Virus record (IMG/VR): IMGVR_UViG_3300033049_000020
Coordinates: 32,001-96,000 of that record
Direction: 5' to 3' (one strand)
DNA from: a virus
DNA: 64,000 nt
Position 1 is the stretch's first letter; each line of letters starts with the position of its first letter. Both the position numbers and the translations under genes were made by a program. Shown here piece after piece: positions 19,259 to 29,506 of the stretch. The notes under the pieces were generated by a model, which worked only from the letters and a program-made list of their open reading frames with translations, was not told the DNA's origin and made no database searches.

Positions 19259-20173
19259 ATGATGAGTAACTGGGAAGAAATAGCTAAACAATTGGTACCT
19301 GATGAATATAATGAGTTTATGGCTCATTCTTCTGATGGCCGTAGACCAGATGAGGTAGAGTTCACGGACATTGCAACCGATGTTAAAAGGCGAGACTTGA
19401 CTATTAACGCACTTTTTTATGATTTGGATACCAATGAGGTTGTTGACCTCGTAGGTGGAGTAGAGGACATTAAAAATGGTGTAGTGAAGACCGTAGGGGA
19501 TGCTGGCGAACGTTTTGAAGAGGATAAACTTAGAATCCTCAGAGCTATCAGGTTTGCTGGTAGATTCGGGAGTCAAGTGGATTCAAAGATTGACCAACTA
19601 CTTAGTAAGGATATTGACATGTCCCAGATTTCTGGAGAACGTATTAGAGACGAGTTCATTAAAGGTATTGAAAAGGCTAAATCAACAGTGCAATTCTTAG
19701 CTCTGATGAACAAGTACGACCTATTGGCACATGTGTTTCCAGACTTAATTCCTAAAGCAGGGGCTAATTCTAAAACGTTTATGGAGAGCCATGACCCAGT
19801 ACTGGTCATATCCTCAATCCTATTACCATTTGCAACCAGTAAATTAAAATCTCAATTGAATGGGCTTAAATACCCACAGTCTGAGGCTTCTAATATAGAA
19901 TTTTTAACGACTTGGCTACCAAATCTTAACCCTAATTTCATAAATCAATTTAAGAAGAAGCAAGTCAGAACTACATTATCTGATGAACAGGTAATGGAGT
20001 TTGCCAAGTTCAACAGTATGGATGTTAATATGATTTCTACTATGCTTAAGTTTAACCTAAGCGTTAAAGGTGATGAAGTGATGTCCAAATATGGAATTAA
20101 GGGTAAAGAAGTGGGTAACATGATAGATAAACTTGAGGCCAGTAACTTCAAGTCTACCCTTAATAACTTGTAG
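19259..20173 (+). CDS. CCA-adding/poly(A) polymerase family, C-terminal part
   Basis: DGRRPD, RRDLTINAL, RFEEDKLRILRAIRF, ISGERIRDE. Confidence 0.9.
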   Translation: MMSNWEEIAKQLVPDEYNEFMAHSSDGRRPDEVEFTDIATDVKRRDLTINALFYDLDTNEVVDLVGGVEDIKNGVVKTVGDAGERFEEDKLRILRAIRFAGRFGSQVDSKIDQLLSKDIDMSQISGERIRDEFIKGIEKAKSTVQFLALMNKYDLLAHVFPDLIPKAGANSKTFMESHDPVLVISSILLPFATSKLKSQLNGLKYPQSEASNIEFLTTWLPNLNPNFINQFKKKQVRTTLSDEQVMEFAKFNSMDVNMISTMLKFNLSVKGDEVMSKYGIKGKEVGNMIDKLEASNFKSTLNNL

Positions 20174-20354
20174 TTAACAAATTTCACGGAAAAATGTTAA
20201 GAAACTTGACACTTGTTTTATCTACTTTAAAATCGTAACATATTGATAATCATCAGTTTACGTTAACCTAGGGTTAATAAAATTGACTCGGTAGAGGTAT
20301 GAAGACAAGTACTATGGTACTTGTCTTCATATTTATAGAAGAATAATTGGAAAT

Positions 20355-20978
20355 ATGGAAGATATAGTGAATACGTTATTGACTGGTGGGGTAGCAGTTG
20401 CATTGATTGGGGTGGCTAGTCAGTTATTATTCTGGTGGTTAAACTATGAAAAACCACCCAACTACAAAGAGGAGGGTGAAGTATCATCAACTTATTTTGA
20501 TGATTTGATTGAGATACAGCAGATTATGGAACGAGTTCTGAATAAGACCGATGTCCAGAGGTTTTTAATATTAAAAACCGAAAATGGGGGTGGTAAACCT
20601 AGATTGGGGAGCCATCTATATGCTAGTGTTATGTATGAGGCCATAGATGAACCCTTAGAATCGGTAAGAGATGACTATCAAAGATTATTGGTTGACGATA
20701 TTTATGTCAAGATGTTAAGTGATATAGGTCCTGGAATTCCTAATAAACTTATCAGGAATAAAATGAAAGATGGCATTCTTAAGCGTATTTATTTAAAAGA
20801 GAATATTGCCTATTCTGAAGTACACTATATAGATGAAACGGACAGTGCGTTTTTCTATCTTAGTTTAGCAACTAGTGAGGACTCAAGATTTGATAATCCG
20901 ATAGATAGGGTGGAGATTGAAATAGCTATAAGCAAATTGGTCAATATATTTGACCGCATTAAAAAGGGGGAATTGTAA
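20355..20978 (+). CDS. Membrane-anchored protein
   Basis: N-terminal TM helix; paired with the next gene. Confidence 0.45.
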   Translation: MEDIVNTLLTGGVAVALIGVASQLLFWWLNYEKPPNYKEEGEVSSTYFDDLIEIQQIMERVLNKTDVQRFLILKTENGGGKPRLGSHLYASVMYEAIDEPLESVRDDYQRLLVDDIYVKMLSDIGPGIPNKLIRNKMKDGILKRIYLKENIAYSEVHYIDETDSAFFYLSLATSEDSRFDNPIDRVEIEIAISKLVNIFDRIKKGEL

Positions 20979-21539
20979 ATGGAGTTACTAATCGCAATAA
21001 TACTCGTATTAATATTCATTAATACGTGGATGATGTTTAAATTATTTTTAAATCCTACCCGTGTTATCACACCAGCAATGAAAGCAATTAAGGCGATAGA
21101 CGAAGTTTATACTATATTGAATGAAATGGCAGATGGTACAGATACACATAAAGTATCGATAGGTAGGGTTTGTTATACGTCTGACGAACCGTTTGTAGAA
21201 ATATTATACGATAATAATATCGTGGATGAGATTAGGTACAATAAGAAGTTTAATAAAATATTTTTAGACCAGAAAATGGTCGATGAATTTAAATTGGTAT
21301 CTAAAGGTGATGTTTTAAAGATAACTATTTCAGATTTATCAGCAGGGCAAAGAAAAACTATATGCCAACATGAAGACATCAAATATTCTGAAATACATAA
21401 GATAATAGAGAATGACTCGGTTATGTATGTTCTAGGATTACATCATAAAAAAGAGATAGGTGAAATTAAACAAGTATCACCTAACATATATGTTGATAGA
21501 TTAATTGACATTTTCCAAAATAACGAGACAGACACTTAA
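20979..21539 (+). CDS. Membrane-anchored protein
   Basis: N-terminal TM helix. Confidence 0.45.
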   Translation: MELLIAIILVLIFINTWMMFKLFLNPTRVITPAMKAIKAIDEVYTILNEMADGTDTHKVSIGRVCYTSDEPFVEILYDNNIVDEIRYNKKFNKIFLDQKMVDEFKLVSKGDVLKITISDLSAGQRKTICQHEDIKYSEIHKIIENDSVMYVLGLHHKKEIGEIKQVSPNIYVDRLIDIFQNNETDT

Positions 21540-21575
21540 TTGTAAATCCCAATTTTATTTCGTATCTTTGTAGAT

Positions 21576-22616
21576 ATGATTTCAAAGGGGCACCCATTAT
21601 ACATTAATAAAAAGGTTTGGAACAAGTTTTCAGACCAAGAAATGGAACGGTTTGTTAAAGACGTATTTGATAATTATCGAGATTCCTCATTTCCTTACTT
21701 TAATTTATCTCCAGAAGATGTGGAGAAAGGAGTTAAGAAGATGTTGGAGTTTGATACCAGTACTTTGACATTAAAGGATAATACGCTCAAACAAGTAATG
21801 TTAGGATTGAACGTAGTTAATTACTTTATGCCGCATATGTTTGATGTGAAATGTAATAACTTCCAATCCCCAATGGAATGTTTCGAGGATGATGAGAAGT
21901 TCATGAAGGCGATTCGCAAGAGAATTAAGCTTGGAGATAATATGAGTGACGCTGGAATGAGAAAGGCGTTAAGTTGGACAAGTGGAACCCAGAAAGTGTC
22001 TAACTTCAGACCAACAATAGCAAAATACATTTATGATAATTACTCTGGTGATGGTGGTGTACTAGATTTCAGTTCGGGGTTCGGTGGCCGACTATTAGGA
22101 GCCACCACATCAGATAAAGTGAAGAAGTATACTGGCGTTGACCCATCAAAGGAAACATTCTATCGATTGTGTGAACTAGCTGAAGAAATATCGGAATATG
22201 GTACAGACACACCTTACATCGCTATGCATAATAATGCAATAGAGGATTGTGTGTTTTCTGATGGTGAATTTGACTTAGCATTCTCATCCCCACCATACTT
22301 CAATACTGAAGAGTATGCATATGAAGAGACTCAATCTTTTGTGAGATATACCGAAGCTGAATTGTGGAGAGACAATTTTTTAGTACCATTAATAGACAAC
22401 TGTCACAAATGGTTAAAGGAAGATGGGTATTTTATAATCAATATAGCTGATGTAAGGACATATAAGACGTTAGAAGATGATACGGTTAGGTTGGCTAAGG
22501 AAAGAGGATTTAAGCTCGTTAAAACGTATAAAATGGCGTTGTCGTCACTAATGAAAGGAGGGTTCAAGTATGAGCCAATATTTGTATTTAAAAAAGAGAA
22601 CAATGAAAATAATTGA
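21576..22616 (+). CDS. Amino (N4-C/N6-A) DNA methyltransferase
   Basis: LDFSSGFGG (motif I), FSSPPYF (motif IV). Confidence 0.85.
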   Translation: MISKGHPLYINKKVWNKFSDQEMERFVKDVFDNYRDSSFPYFNLSPEDVEKGVKKMLEFDTSTLTLKDNTLKQVMLGLNVVNYFMPHMFDVKCNNFQSPMECFEDDEKFMKAIRKRIKLGDNMSDAGMRKALSWTSGTQKVSNFRPTIAKYIYDNYSGDGGVLDFSSGFGGRLLGATTSDKVKKYTGVDPSKETFYRLCELAEEISEYGTDTPYIAMHNNAIEDCVFSDGEFDLAFSSPPYFNTEEYAYEETQSFVRYTEAELWRDNFLVPLIDNCHKWLKEDGYFIINIADVRTYKTLEDDTVRLAKERGFKLVKTYKMALSSLMKGGFKYEPIFVFKKENNENN

Positions 22617-23024
22617 AAATTTAGACGTTAGAGTAACTTACGTAGTAGGACTTGGTAATGTAGAAGTACCTGATGAAATATATGAAGAGCTTATGGATAT
22701 TGCCAATAACGGAATTGAAGTAGATGAGCATTGCCAACATTATGAAGCTGCTGAATGGTTACGTAATAACATTAGAGAAGGAGATAGTTGCGAACATAGC
22801 ACTGAAATTGAAGACATGTTTTAATGAACGAGACCGAAAACCCAATAGCATCGGAAGTGACACCAACTAAACCTAATAGTATTAGATGTAAGTTTGGTTC
22901 ACATAAGAAAATATATGTACAAGAACATAGAATTAACGGAGAACCATTTGATAAGAAGTGCGTTCGATGTGGAAAGGATTTCGATGTTCTATACCTAATA
23001 ACATTAATGTAATAGAAATAAGAT

Positions 23025-23522
23025 ATGTATAATGAAGTAACAGGTAACTTAATTAAATTAGCGGAGGCTGGAGAATTTGATGTAATTGCACATGGTTGTA
23101 ATTGCTTCTGTCAGATGGGTGCTGGAATAGCACCACAGATGGCCAAGGCATTCGGAGTAGATGACTTCAAGTTGGAAGGTGATGAGTATAAACGAGACTT
23201 TAATAAACTTGGTAATATTGATTACGAACATGTTGGTTATCACCCAAAAGGGGCTAAGGTAGGTAGACGGTTGACTGCGGTTAATACTTATACTCAGTTT
23301 GGATTCGGTAGAAATCATGACAATGGAACTGAGCAACCTTTGAATTATTATGCATTAGGTATGTGCCTGACAAAAATTAATCACGAATTTAAGGGTCAAC
23401 ATATTGGGTTACCGATGATTGGGTGCGGTCTTGCAGGTGGAGATTGGGATGTGGTTAAGGAGATGATTAAAGACCTATTGGTCGATTGTAACGTAACAGT
23501 AGTAATGTACGATGGAATATAG
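23025..23522 (+). CDS. Macro domain protein (ADP-ribose processing)
   Basis: HGCNCFCQMGAGIA; PMIGCGLAGGDW. Confidence 0.88.
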   Translation: MYNEVTGNLIKLAEAGEFDVIAHGCNCFCQMGAGIAPQMAKAFGVDDFKLEGDEYKRDFNKLGNIDYEHVGYHPKGAKVGRRLTAVNTYTQFGFGRNHDNGTEQPLNYYALGMCLTKINHEFKGQHIGLPMIGCGLAGGDWDVVKEMIKDLLVDCNVTVVMYDGI

Positions 23523-24051
23523 AGCAGACATTCCCACACCACCAAATAAAAATAATAAACTATGATAGAAGAAGACAATATAACCGCTCAGTTAATAGAA
23601 GAGCAAGCATCACTAACGATGATAATAGAACAACTGGATAGTATGACCTCAATAGAATTTGTTGAGTTCGGTAACGCAACACGATTGAGTAGAGATATTA
23701 CTAAAGGTAAGATAGAAGCATTGAAATGGGTATTAGAAATAGAGAATGACCAATAAGAAATTTGCATTAACCCTAGTGGCAATGGCTACAATAGGAGCCA
23801 TACCATTATTATTATTAGAGGGTAGAGAAATAATAATTGGAGTCACCGTTTGGTACCTATCAGTATTAGTGATGATAGGTAATGGTACAACCGTAGTAAA
23901 AAATTTTTGGAAAATTAAGCACAAAATACAAAAATAATAGAAAATATTTTCCAGAAGACTTGTATTATTGGAAACTTTTTCGTATCTTTGTACTAATTAT
24001 AATAAACAGGTAGAACTTTCTGCCTAACCTAAAGAATAGAAATCGGTGAAA

Positions 24052-24141
24052 ATGATGAGTATACATATTAGTTCGATTAATTGGAGACGCAATGTCACCA
24101 TGGTCAGCAATTGCTTAGATTTCACCAAAACAGGAATATAA
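24052..24141 (+). CDS. Leader peptide of tRNA array 1: MMSIHISSINWRRNVTMVSNCLDFTKTGI
   Basis: Lies between promoter (23960-23991) and terminator; codons match the downstream tRNA isotypes. Confidence 0.75.
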   Translation: MMSIHISSINWRRNVTMVSNCLDFTKTGI

Positions 24142-24161
24142 AGCAATATCTCGAAAGAGTT

Positions 24162-24196
24162 AAGCCCTGACCAGTTAAACGGTCAGGGCTTTTTTA
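24162..24196 (+). terminator. Attenuator terminator 1
   Basis: AAGCCCTGACC...GGTCAGGGCTT-TTTT; competing TGGTCAG at 24101-24107. Confidence 0.85.
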
Positions 24197-24202
24197 TTAT
24201 AT

Positions 24203-24274
24203 GGTGTTTTAAGCTTTAAGGTGAAGCGCTAGGCTGTGAACCTAGAGAAAACGGCTCGGTACCGTTATTACACC
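24203..24274 (+). tRNA. tRNA-His(GTG), atypical T-loop
   Basis: CTAGG-CT-GTG-AA-CCTAG; G-1/C73. Confidence 0.75.
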
Positions 24275-24327
24275 CTTTAGTGGTCGTTTTTGTACCAGCG
24301 ACATATTTATATTAAAACAATATAGAT

Positions 24328-24975
24328 ATGGCAAGGAAACGAAACAAGTATCACTACATTTATAAGACTACCAATCTTTTAAATGATAAATATTACATAG
24401 GTATGCACTCAACGTCTAATTTAGACGATGGGTACATGGGAAGCGGTAAGAGATTGAGGTATTCAATCAATAAGCATGGTGTAACAAACCATAAGATTGA
24501 GATACTGGAATTCTTCGACAGTAGAGAAGAGTTGGTTAAGCGTGAAGAGGAAGTGGTTAATTTAGATGAAATAGCCAAAGTGGAGTGTATGAATTTAAGA
24601 GTTGGTGGTAGTGGTGGGTTTTCACCAGAACAACAACGATTAAACGCTGAGAAGTCCAATGCGAAGCAAAGGGTTCTTAGGGAAACAGACCCAGAGTGGG
24701 TGGGAGCATACAATAATAAGATTAGTGCTGCTAGAGTAAAGGAGTACGCTGATGGTGAGAGAAGTAAGAAGTGGCAGAAGGATTGGACAGGACTAAAACA
24801 TAGTGAAGAGGCTAAACGAAAGATGAGCGAATCCACTAAAGGTACTGGAACTGGGAAGGATAATTCACAGTATGGTACTTATTGGATAAGTAAAGATGGG
24901 GTTAGCAAAAAAATAAAGAAGGAAGACTTAGAAAGTATGACTCAACAAGGTTGGGTCAGAGGAATAAAAAAATAG
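24328..24975 (+). CDS. Seg-like GIY-YIG/NUMOD3 homing endonuclease
   Basis: YIYKTTN..YYIGMH..YMGSG; NSQYGTYW. Confidence 0.85.
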   Translation: MARKRNKYHYIYKTTNLLNDKYYIGMHSTSNLDDGYMGSGKRLRYSINKHGVTNHKIEILEFFDSREELVKREEEVVNLDEIAKVECMNLRVGGSGGFSPEQQRLNAEKSNAKQRVLRETDPEWVGAYNNKISAARVKEYADGERSKKWQKDWTGLKHSEEAKRKMSESTKGTGTGKDNSQYGTYWISKDGVSKKIKKEDLESMTQQGWVRGIKK

Positions 24976-25051
24976 TTGTTATCTGTGAGATAACATGTTC
25001 TTTGACATCTTGGTATTAATTTTATCCGCACATAACCGTGTGCGGATATAC

Positions 25052-25122
25052 ACAGGTGAGAGCTTAGGAGCCAGCAAGTCTCCAAAACTTCGCTGTAGGG
25101 GGTTCGATGCCCTCCACCTGTG
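25052..25122 (+). tRNA. tRNA-Trp(CCA)
   Basis: ACAGGTG/CACCTGT; AAGT-CT-CCA-AA-ACTT. Confidence 0.75.
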
Positions 25123-25127
25123 CAATC

Positions 25128-25215
25128 GGAAAGGCAAGCCAATAGGTGGTGGCCGCACTTTGCTAAAGTGTTAGGAGTAACCAGTCTCGTATGGGTTCGA
25201 TTCCCATTCTTTCCG
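25128..25215 (+). tRNA. tRNA-Ser(GCT)
   Basis: GCACT-TT-GCT-AA-AGTGT; long variable arm; G73. Confidence 0.85.
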
Positions 25216-25222
25216 CAACAAT

Positions 25223-25305
25223 AGAGGGTACCGTCAAGGTGACAAACTGGTTTTGAACGTCAGGGGTACGGGTGACTGTACGGGTTTCGATTACTCTACC
25301 CTCTA
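25223..25305 (+). tRNA. tRNA-Ser(TGA)
   Basis: AGAGGGT/ACCCTCT; CTGGT-TT-TGA-AC-GTCAG; long variable arm. Confidence 0.75.
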
Positions 25306-25329
25306 CCCTTGACTTTTTGGTACTTAGCA

Positions 25330-25371
25330 CTACGTTTATTCGTAGCAATGGTTCGATTCCATTATCTTCCG
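25330..25371 (+). pseudogene. 3' half of a Ser-type tRNA
   Basis: Variable arm CTACG/CGTAG, T-arm, ATCTTCCG; preceded by an orphan endonuclease-leader motif. Confidence 0.6.
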
Positions 25372-25382
25372 CTTGACTTTAT

Positions 25383-25454
25383 GGTGTCTATAGTGTAGTG
25401 GTAACACGACTGCTTGTGGTGCAGTTATCGTCAGTTCGAACCTGATTAGACACC
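25383..25454 (+). tRNA. tRNA-His(GTG)
   Basis: CTGC-TT-GTG-GT-GCAG; G-1/C73. Confidence 0.85.
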
Positions 25455-25464
25455 CTTAAATTTT

Positions 25465-25580
25465 TAGGTGAAAGCGGAATGGGAGACGCGGCTCTAAAAC
25501 GTGGAGTGTCAGAGACTAAAATCTCGCAATGAAACCTACCAAGGTGAATTTGTAATTGAGTTCGAATCTCAATCACCTGA
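25465..25580 (+). ncRNA. Expanded tRNA-like RNA with extra internal hairpins
   Basis: TAGGTGA/TCACCTG acceptor, GCG/CGC D-arm, TTGAGTTCGAATCTCAA T-arm. Confidence 0.6.
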
Positions 25581-25620
25581 CTAAAATTAAAAAAATGTGT
25601 AGAATTAACAAATGAAATAA

Positions 25621-25694
25621 GGGGAGATGTATAACTGGTTTAATCGGTGGCGTTGTTAGCGCTTACCATGTCGGTTCGAATCCGACTCGCCCCT
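25621..25694 (+). tRNA. Atypical tRNA-Asn(GTT) with extended anticodon stem
   Basis: GGT-GGCG-TT-GTT-AG-CGCT-TACC; canonical T-arm. Confidence 0.6.
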
Positions 25695-25726
25695 CAAAAT
25701 GCCTCCATGGTGTAACTGGATAACAT

Positions 25727-25802
25727 GGCTCTATGGTGTAATTGGATAACATTTTTCTCTTCTAAAGAAAAGTTTCAGGTTCGAACCCTGATAGGGCTAC
25801 CA
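25727..25802 (+). tRNA. tRNA-Arg(TCT), inside a split tRNA-Arg (halves 25701-25726 and 26380-26422)
   Basis: TTTCT-CT-TCT-AA-AGAAA; encoded CCA. Confidence 0.88.
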
Positions 25803-25852
25803 TGTAACGGATAATTTTTGAACTTTATCCATTGCACTCCATATTTATTACT

Positions 25853-26380
25853 ATGGAGAAAGAATTTCTAGTGGATTGTATTGACAAAGATATGTCAGTA
25901 TACCAAATATCTAAGGTGATTAAAAAAGCGCCTAACACTGTTACCTATTGGTTGAACAAGTTTGAATTAAAGACTAACCATAAATCGTTTAAAGATAAGG
26001 GTATTCTTGACTATGGTGGTGAAAGGGAATGTCCCAGATGCACTAAAACAAAGCCGTTAAGTGAATATTACGATAGAAGGGGTAAGAAGGGTTCATCAGT
26101 TTATTGTAAGCCCTGTACCACAGACCAATCTACAGAACGACAACGTAACTTGAAGCAGCTTGCTATCGATTATAAGGGTGGTGGTTGTGAAGTGTGTGGG
26201 TATGACAAATATAATGGTGCTTTAGATTTTCACCATATAGACCCTACTGAAAAGGATTTCAACATATCCAAAATAACTAGTTACACGTTTACTGATAAAG
26301 TTAAAGCTGAATTAGATAAATGTGCCCTAGTATGCTCCAATTGTCATAGGGAGATATATGGTGGGGTAATAGAATTGTAG
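25853..26380 (+). CDS. HNH endonuclease
   Basis: YKGGGCEVCGY..LDFHH..ELDKCALVCSNCHRE. Confidence 0.88.
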   Translation: MEKEFLVDCIDKDMSVYQISKVIKKAPNTVTYWLNKFELKTNHKSFKDKGILDYGGERECPRCTKTKPLSEYYDRRGKKGSSVYCKPCTTDQSTERQRNLKQLAIDYKGGGCEVCGYDKYNGALDFHHIDPTEKDFNISKITSYTFTDKVKAELDKCALVCSNCHREIYGGVIEL

Positions 26381-26829
26381 CCTTCTAAGCGTTTGTTCTG
26401 GGTTCGAGTCCTAGTGGGGGTACATTAATAATTAAAATTAGAAACAATGGCAAGAGAACTATTACCTGAAGTACGAGAGTTCACATATGACTATGTGAAA
26501 AGGTATCCATATACCACTTCAGCACCTATTGTTAGCCTATCTTATATTAAAGGTTGGAGCGATGGTTTGAAGCATATGGAATTGAGAGCATTGGTCATCA
26601 AAGAGATGGACAGAGCTAAGAAGAGAATTAAGGGTGAGAAAGATGACCTTATAACTAAACATGGTGGTAAGTGTAAGAAGTGTAAGAGAGATGTTAAGTT
26701 TGAGGTGATGCCCGATTATGATAGAATGGAAGATTATGGTAGGGCTATAATGTATGGTGACGGTCACGGACACAGCGATGTGATGTATTGTCAACGATGT
26801 TATACGCATAGAATAACAAAATAATAAAT

Positions 26830-26903
26830 TGGGTGTCCTAGTAGTAGGGTACATTGTAGTCTGCGCAGATGAAATTACGAAGGTGCAACACCTTCACACC
26901 CAG
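26830..26903 (+). ncRNA. tRNA-like RNA
   Basis: TGGGTGT/ACACCCA stem; GAAGG-TGCAACA-CCTTC T-like arm; no canonical anticodon loop. Confidence 0.5.
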
Positions 26904-26986
26904 CATATTGACTTATGGTGAAATTGGTTATCACTTGACTTTTATAGAACTAGCGTTATATTTATATCATATAAAGATACATTAAT

Positions 26987-27589
26987 ATGGCTAGTTTAAA
27001 AGAAAAGATAGTAAAATTACGTAAAGAAGGTAAAACGTATGACGATATAAAAGAAAATTTAGGATGTTCAAAATCGACAATATCTTATCATTGCCAAAGA
27101 CATAACGTTGGAGATAAGCGTAAGCGAACGTTTTTAACTGATGAGGATGTTATTAAATTACAAAATTATTACTTAATACACACCATTGAGGAATGCTGTA
27201 ACGAGTTCAACATTTCAAGGACTACAGTACATAGATATACTGACAATAAGATTTGGGGTCTGACGGAGGATGAGAAAAAAAGTAGAAATTATAATAGGGT
27301 TAAATTACATAGACAAAAGATAAAAGAGAAAGCAGTAGAATATAAAGGTGGGGAGTGTGAAAAATGTGGATACAATAAATGCTATTGGGCATTCGATTTT
27401 CACCATACTAACCCAGATGACAAAGAATTTACTATCTCCAAATACTCAACTCTGTCATGGGACAGAATTAAAGTGGAATTAGATAAGTGTGAGATGTTAT
27501 GTGCTAACTGTCATAGAGAATCACATTATCAAGAGTATATCGATGATTTATATTGTGCGGTAACCAGCGTGTCTGATACACATGACTAA
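26987..27589 (+). CDS. HTH plus HNH endonuclease
   Basis: N-terminal HTH; FDFHH..ELDKCEMLCANCHRE. Confidence 0.88.
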   Translation: MASLKEKIVKLRKEGKTYDDIKENLGCSKSTISYHCQRHNVGDKRKRTFLTDEDVIKLQNYYLIHTIEECCNEFNISRTTVHRYTDNKIWGLTEDEKKSRNYNRVKLHRQKIKEKAVEYKGGECEKCGYNKCYWAFDFHHTNPDDKEFTISKYSTLSWDRIKVELDKCEMLCANCHRESHYQEYIDDLYCAVTSVSDTHD

Positions 27590-27630
27590 GGTAACGGTTG
27601 AAAATAAGGGTTCGATTCCCTTTCGCACAA
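27554..27630 (+). tRNA. Rearranged tRNA-Ile(GAT)
   Basis: TGTGCGG/TCGCACA; CGTGT-CT-GAT-AC-ACATG lies before the D-loop-like GTAACGG. Confidence 0.7.
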
Positions 27631-27635
27631 CACAT

Positions 27636-27729
27636 AGGCATGTAGCAGCCCAACCTGATAAGTTGGAGAACTGTAATTGGTATCTTGCGATAACTTCAAA
27701 TGTGGGTTCGATTCCCATCTTGCCTACCA
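27636..27729 (+). tRNA. Rearranged tRNA-Ile(GAT)
   Basis: CCAAC-CT-GAT-AA-GTTGG before GTAATTGG; encoded CCA. Confidence 0.7.
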
Positions 27730-27861
27730 ATAAGTCACCAACGCCTCTCGTAGAAGCGCATCTTGGTATCTAAATGAGAATCAACGGATGTCGGCAGATG
27801 TTGATAGGATTTGTGACGGATGTTTATGGTCATCTAGGGCGTTCTTTTTAAAACCATACTT

Positions 27862-27941
27862 CCAGACATACCGAGCCAAGCTTATATCTTGGATATTCGT
27901 AGCGGTTGTTGAAAACGAGGGTTCGAATCCCTCTGTCTGGA
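27862..27941 (+). tRNA. Rearranged tRNA-Ile(TAT)
   Basis: CCAGACA/TGTCTGG; CCAAG-CT-TAT-AT-CTTGG before GTAGCGG. Confidence 0.7.
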
Positions 27942-28010
27942 CTTTTATAGTTGATTTATATACTTGTTGAATTGTATATGTTAAATTAATTTAGTATCTT
28001 TACATTATAT

Positions 28011-28085
28011 TGCGGATTGGAGCAGTAGTAGCTCGCAAGGCTCATAACCTTGAGGTCGGGGGTGCAAATCCCTCATCCGCTTCCA
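28011..28085 (+). tRNA. tRNA-Met(CAT), initiator-like
   Basis: 1:72 mismatch; CAAGG-CT-CAT-AA-CCTTG; encoded CCA. Confidence 0.8.
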
Positions 28086-28451
28086 GAGGTTTACTTTTTG
28101 TTCCTAGATTAAAGGTCGTAAGATATAATAATATGAAGTCAATTAATCAAATATTCTTAACTAATCCATCGTTGATGGATGAATCTGAAGTAAAAGATTT
28201 AATCGAATATTGTCAAGAACTGGAAGATGACGTAATTGAATTAAAACAGGAAGATGTAGCCATTATGGAGAATAAATTATCAGTATTGGTTTCAGATATT
28301 TATCATAGTATTAATGATGTATTAAAAAAAGACGCTGAATCTATACGATTTGGTGATACTGAACGAATAGATTTTAATAAAGCCATAATTAATTTAAAGG
28401 AGTACTTATTGGATTTTTCTAAAAGTAATGGGTTCTATTTTTAAACATAAA

Positions 28452-28539
28452 TGCAGGGTCGAGAAGTGGTATCTCATGAGTCTCATAAGCTCAAATAGCC
28501 TAACGGTTGTCGATGGTTCGATTCCATCTCCTGCTTCCA
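28452..28539 (+). tRNA. tRNA-Met(CAT), long variable arm
   Basis: TGAGT-CT-CAT-AA-GCTCA; encoded CCA. Confidence 0.8.
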
Positions 28540-28592
28540 GAGGTTTACTTTTTGTACTTTAGCCTTATATTTATATCTAAACGATATAGATT

Positions 28593-29216
28593 ATGGCAAG
28601 AAGAGAAAAGAAGTTTCACTACATCTACAAGACAACTAATTTACTTAGTGGTAGATATTACATCGGTATGCATTCAACAGATAACTTAGAAGATGGTTAT
28701 ATGGGTTCTGGAACAAGATTAAAGAGGTCACTTAATAAACATGGTAAAGAAAACCATAAGGTTGAATTCATAGAGTTCCTTGACACCAGAAAAGAGTTGA
28801 AGGATAGGGAAACTGAAATAGTTAATCTTAATGAGGTAGCTAAAGAAGACTGTATGAATCTGAAGGTAGGTGGTGAAGGCGGCTTCTCAAGTGAAGAACA
28901 GAGAAAGAATTTCCATTCTGCTGGTGGTCGCAAAGTATTCCAATTATTGAGTAGTAGACACGCCAATAGACTAAAAACAGACCCAAATTACAGAGAATAC
29001 TGGTTAGCGTCTTTAAAGCCATACGATTGGACTGGTCGAAAGCATTCAGAGGAAACAAAAGAGAAGATGTCTGAATCATCTAAAGGTATGGGAACTGGAA
29101 AGACTAACTCTCAATACGGTACTTGTTGGGTAACCAGAGATGGCTTAAATAAGAAGATAAAGAAAGATAATCTTAGCGAATTTATCGATGATGGGTGGAT
29201 AAGGGGTCGAAAGTGA
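28593..29216 (+). CDS. Seg-like GIY-YIG/NUMOD3 homing endonuclease
   Basis: Paralog of 24328..24975. Confidence 0.85.
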   Translation: MARREKKFHYIYKTTNLLSGRYYIGMHSTDNLEDGYMGSGTRLKRSLNKHGKENHKVEFIEFLDTRKELKDRETEIVNLNEVAKEDCMNLKVGGEGGFSSEEQRKNFHSAGGRKVFQLLSSRHANRLKTDPNYREYWLASLKPYDWTGRKHSEETKEKMSESSKGMGTGKTNSQYGTCWVTRDGLNKKIKKDNLSEFIDDGWIRGRK

Positions 29217-29506
29217 TTTGTATATGTCAAATATGTTTTGTATCTTTGCACTATGGAAGATGTTAAAATGTTTCTATTCGCAAGGTGGATAGCCACTTGT
29301 TATGCTGACACTCACTTAGATGGTGAGATGAGAAGTGAAGCTGATAAAGGGTTTGACGTATCAGATAATATGTCTGTTTTGAACGGGGAAGATGGTTATT
29401 GGTATAAGAAACAACTCAAACACTTCAATGAAGTTGTATACCCTAACTACCTTGAGAATGGAACAGTTAAGGATACTGAAGACTTCCTTAAAGTAAAATA
29501 ATATAT

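Noticed and set aside
18267-19327. Intein or group I intron in the CCA-adding enzyme gene
   Set aside because: No Cys/Ser start with His-Asn end, and the insert is almost fully coding, leaving no room for a ribozyme core.
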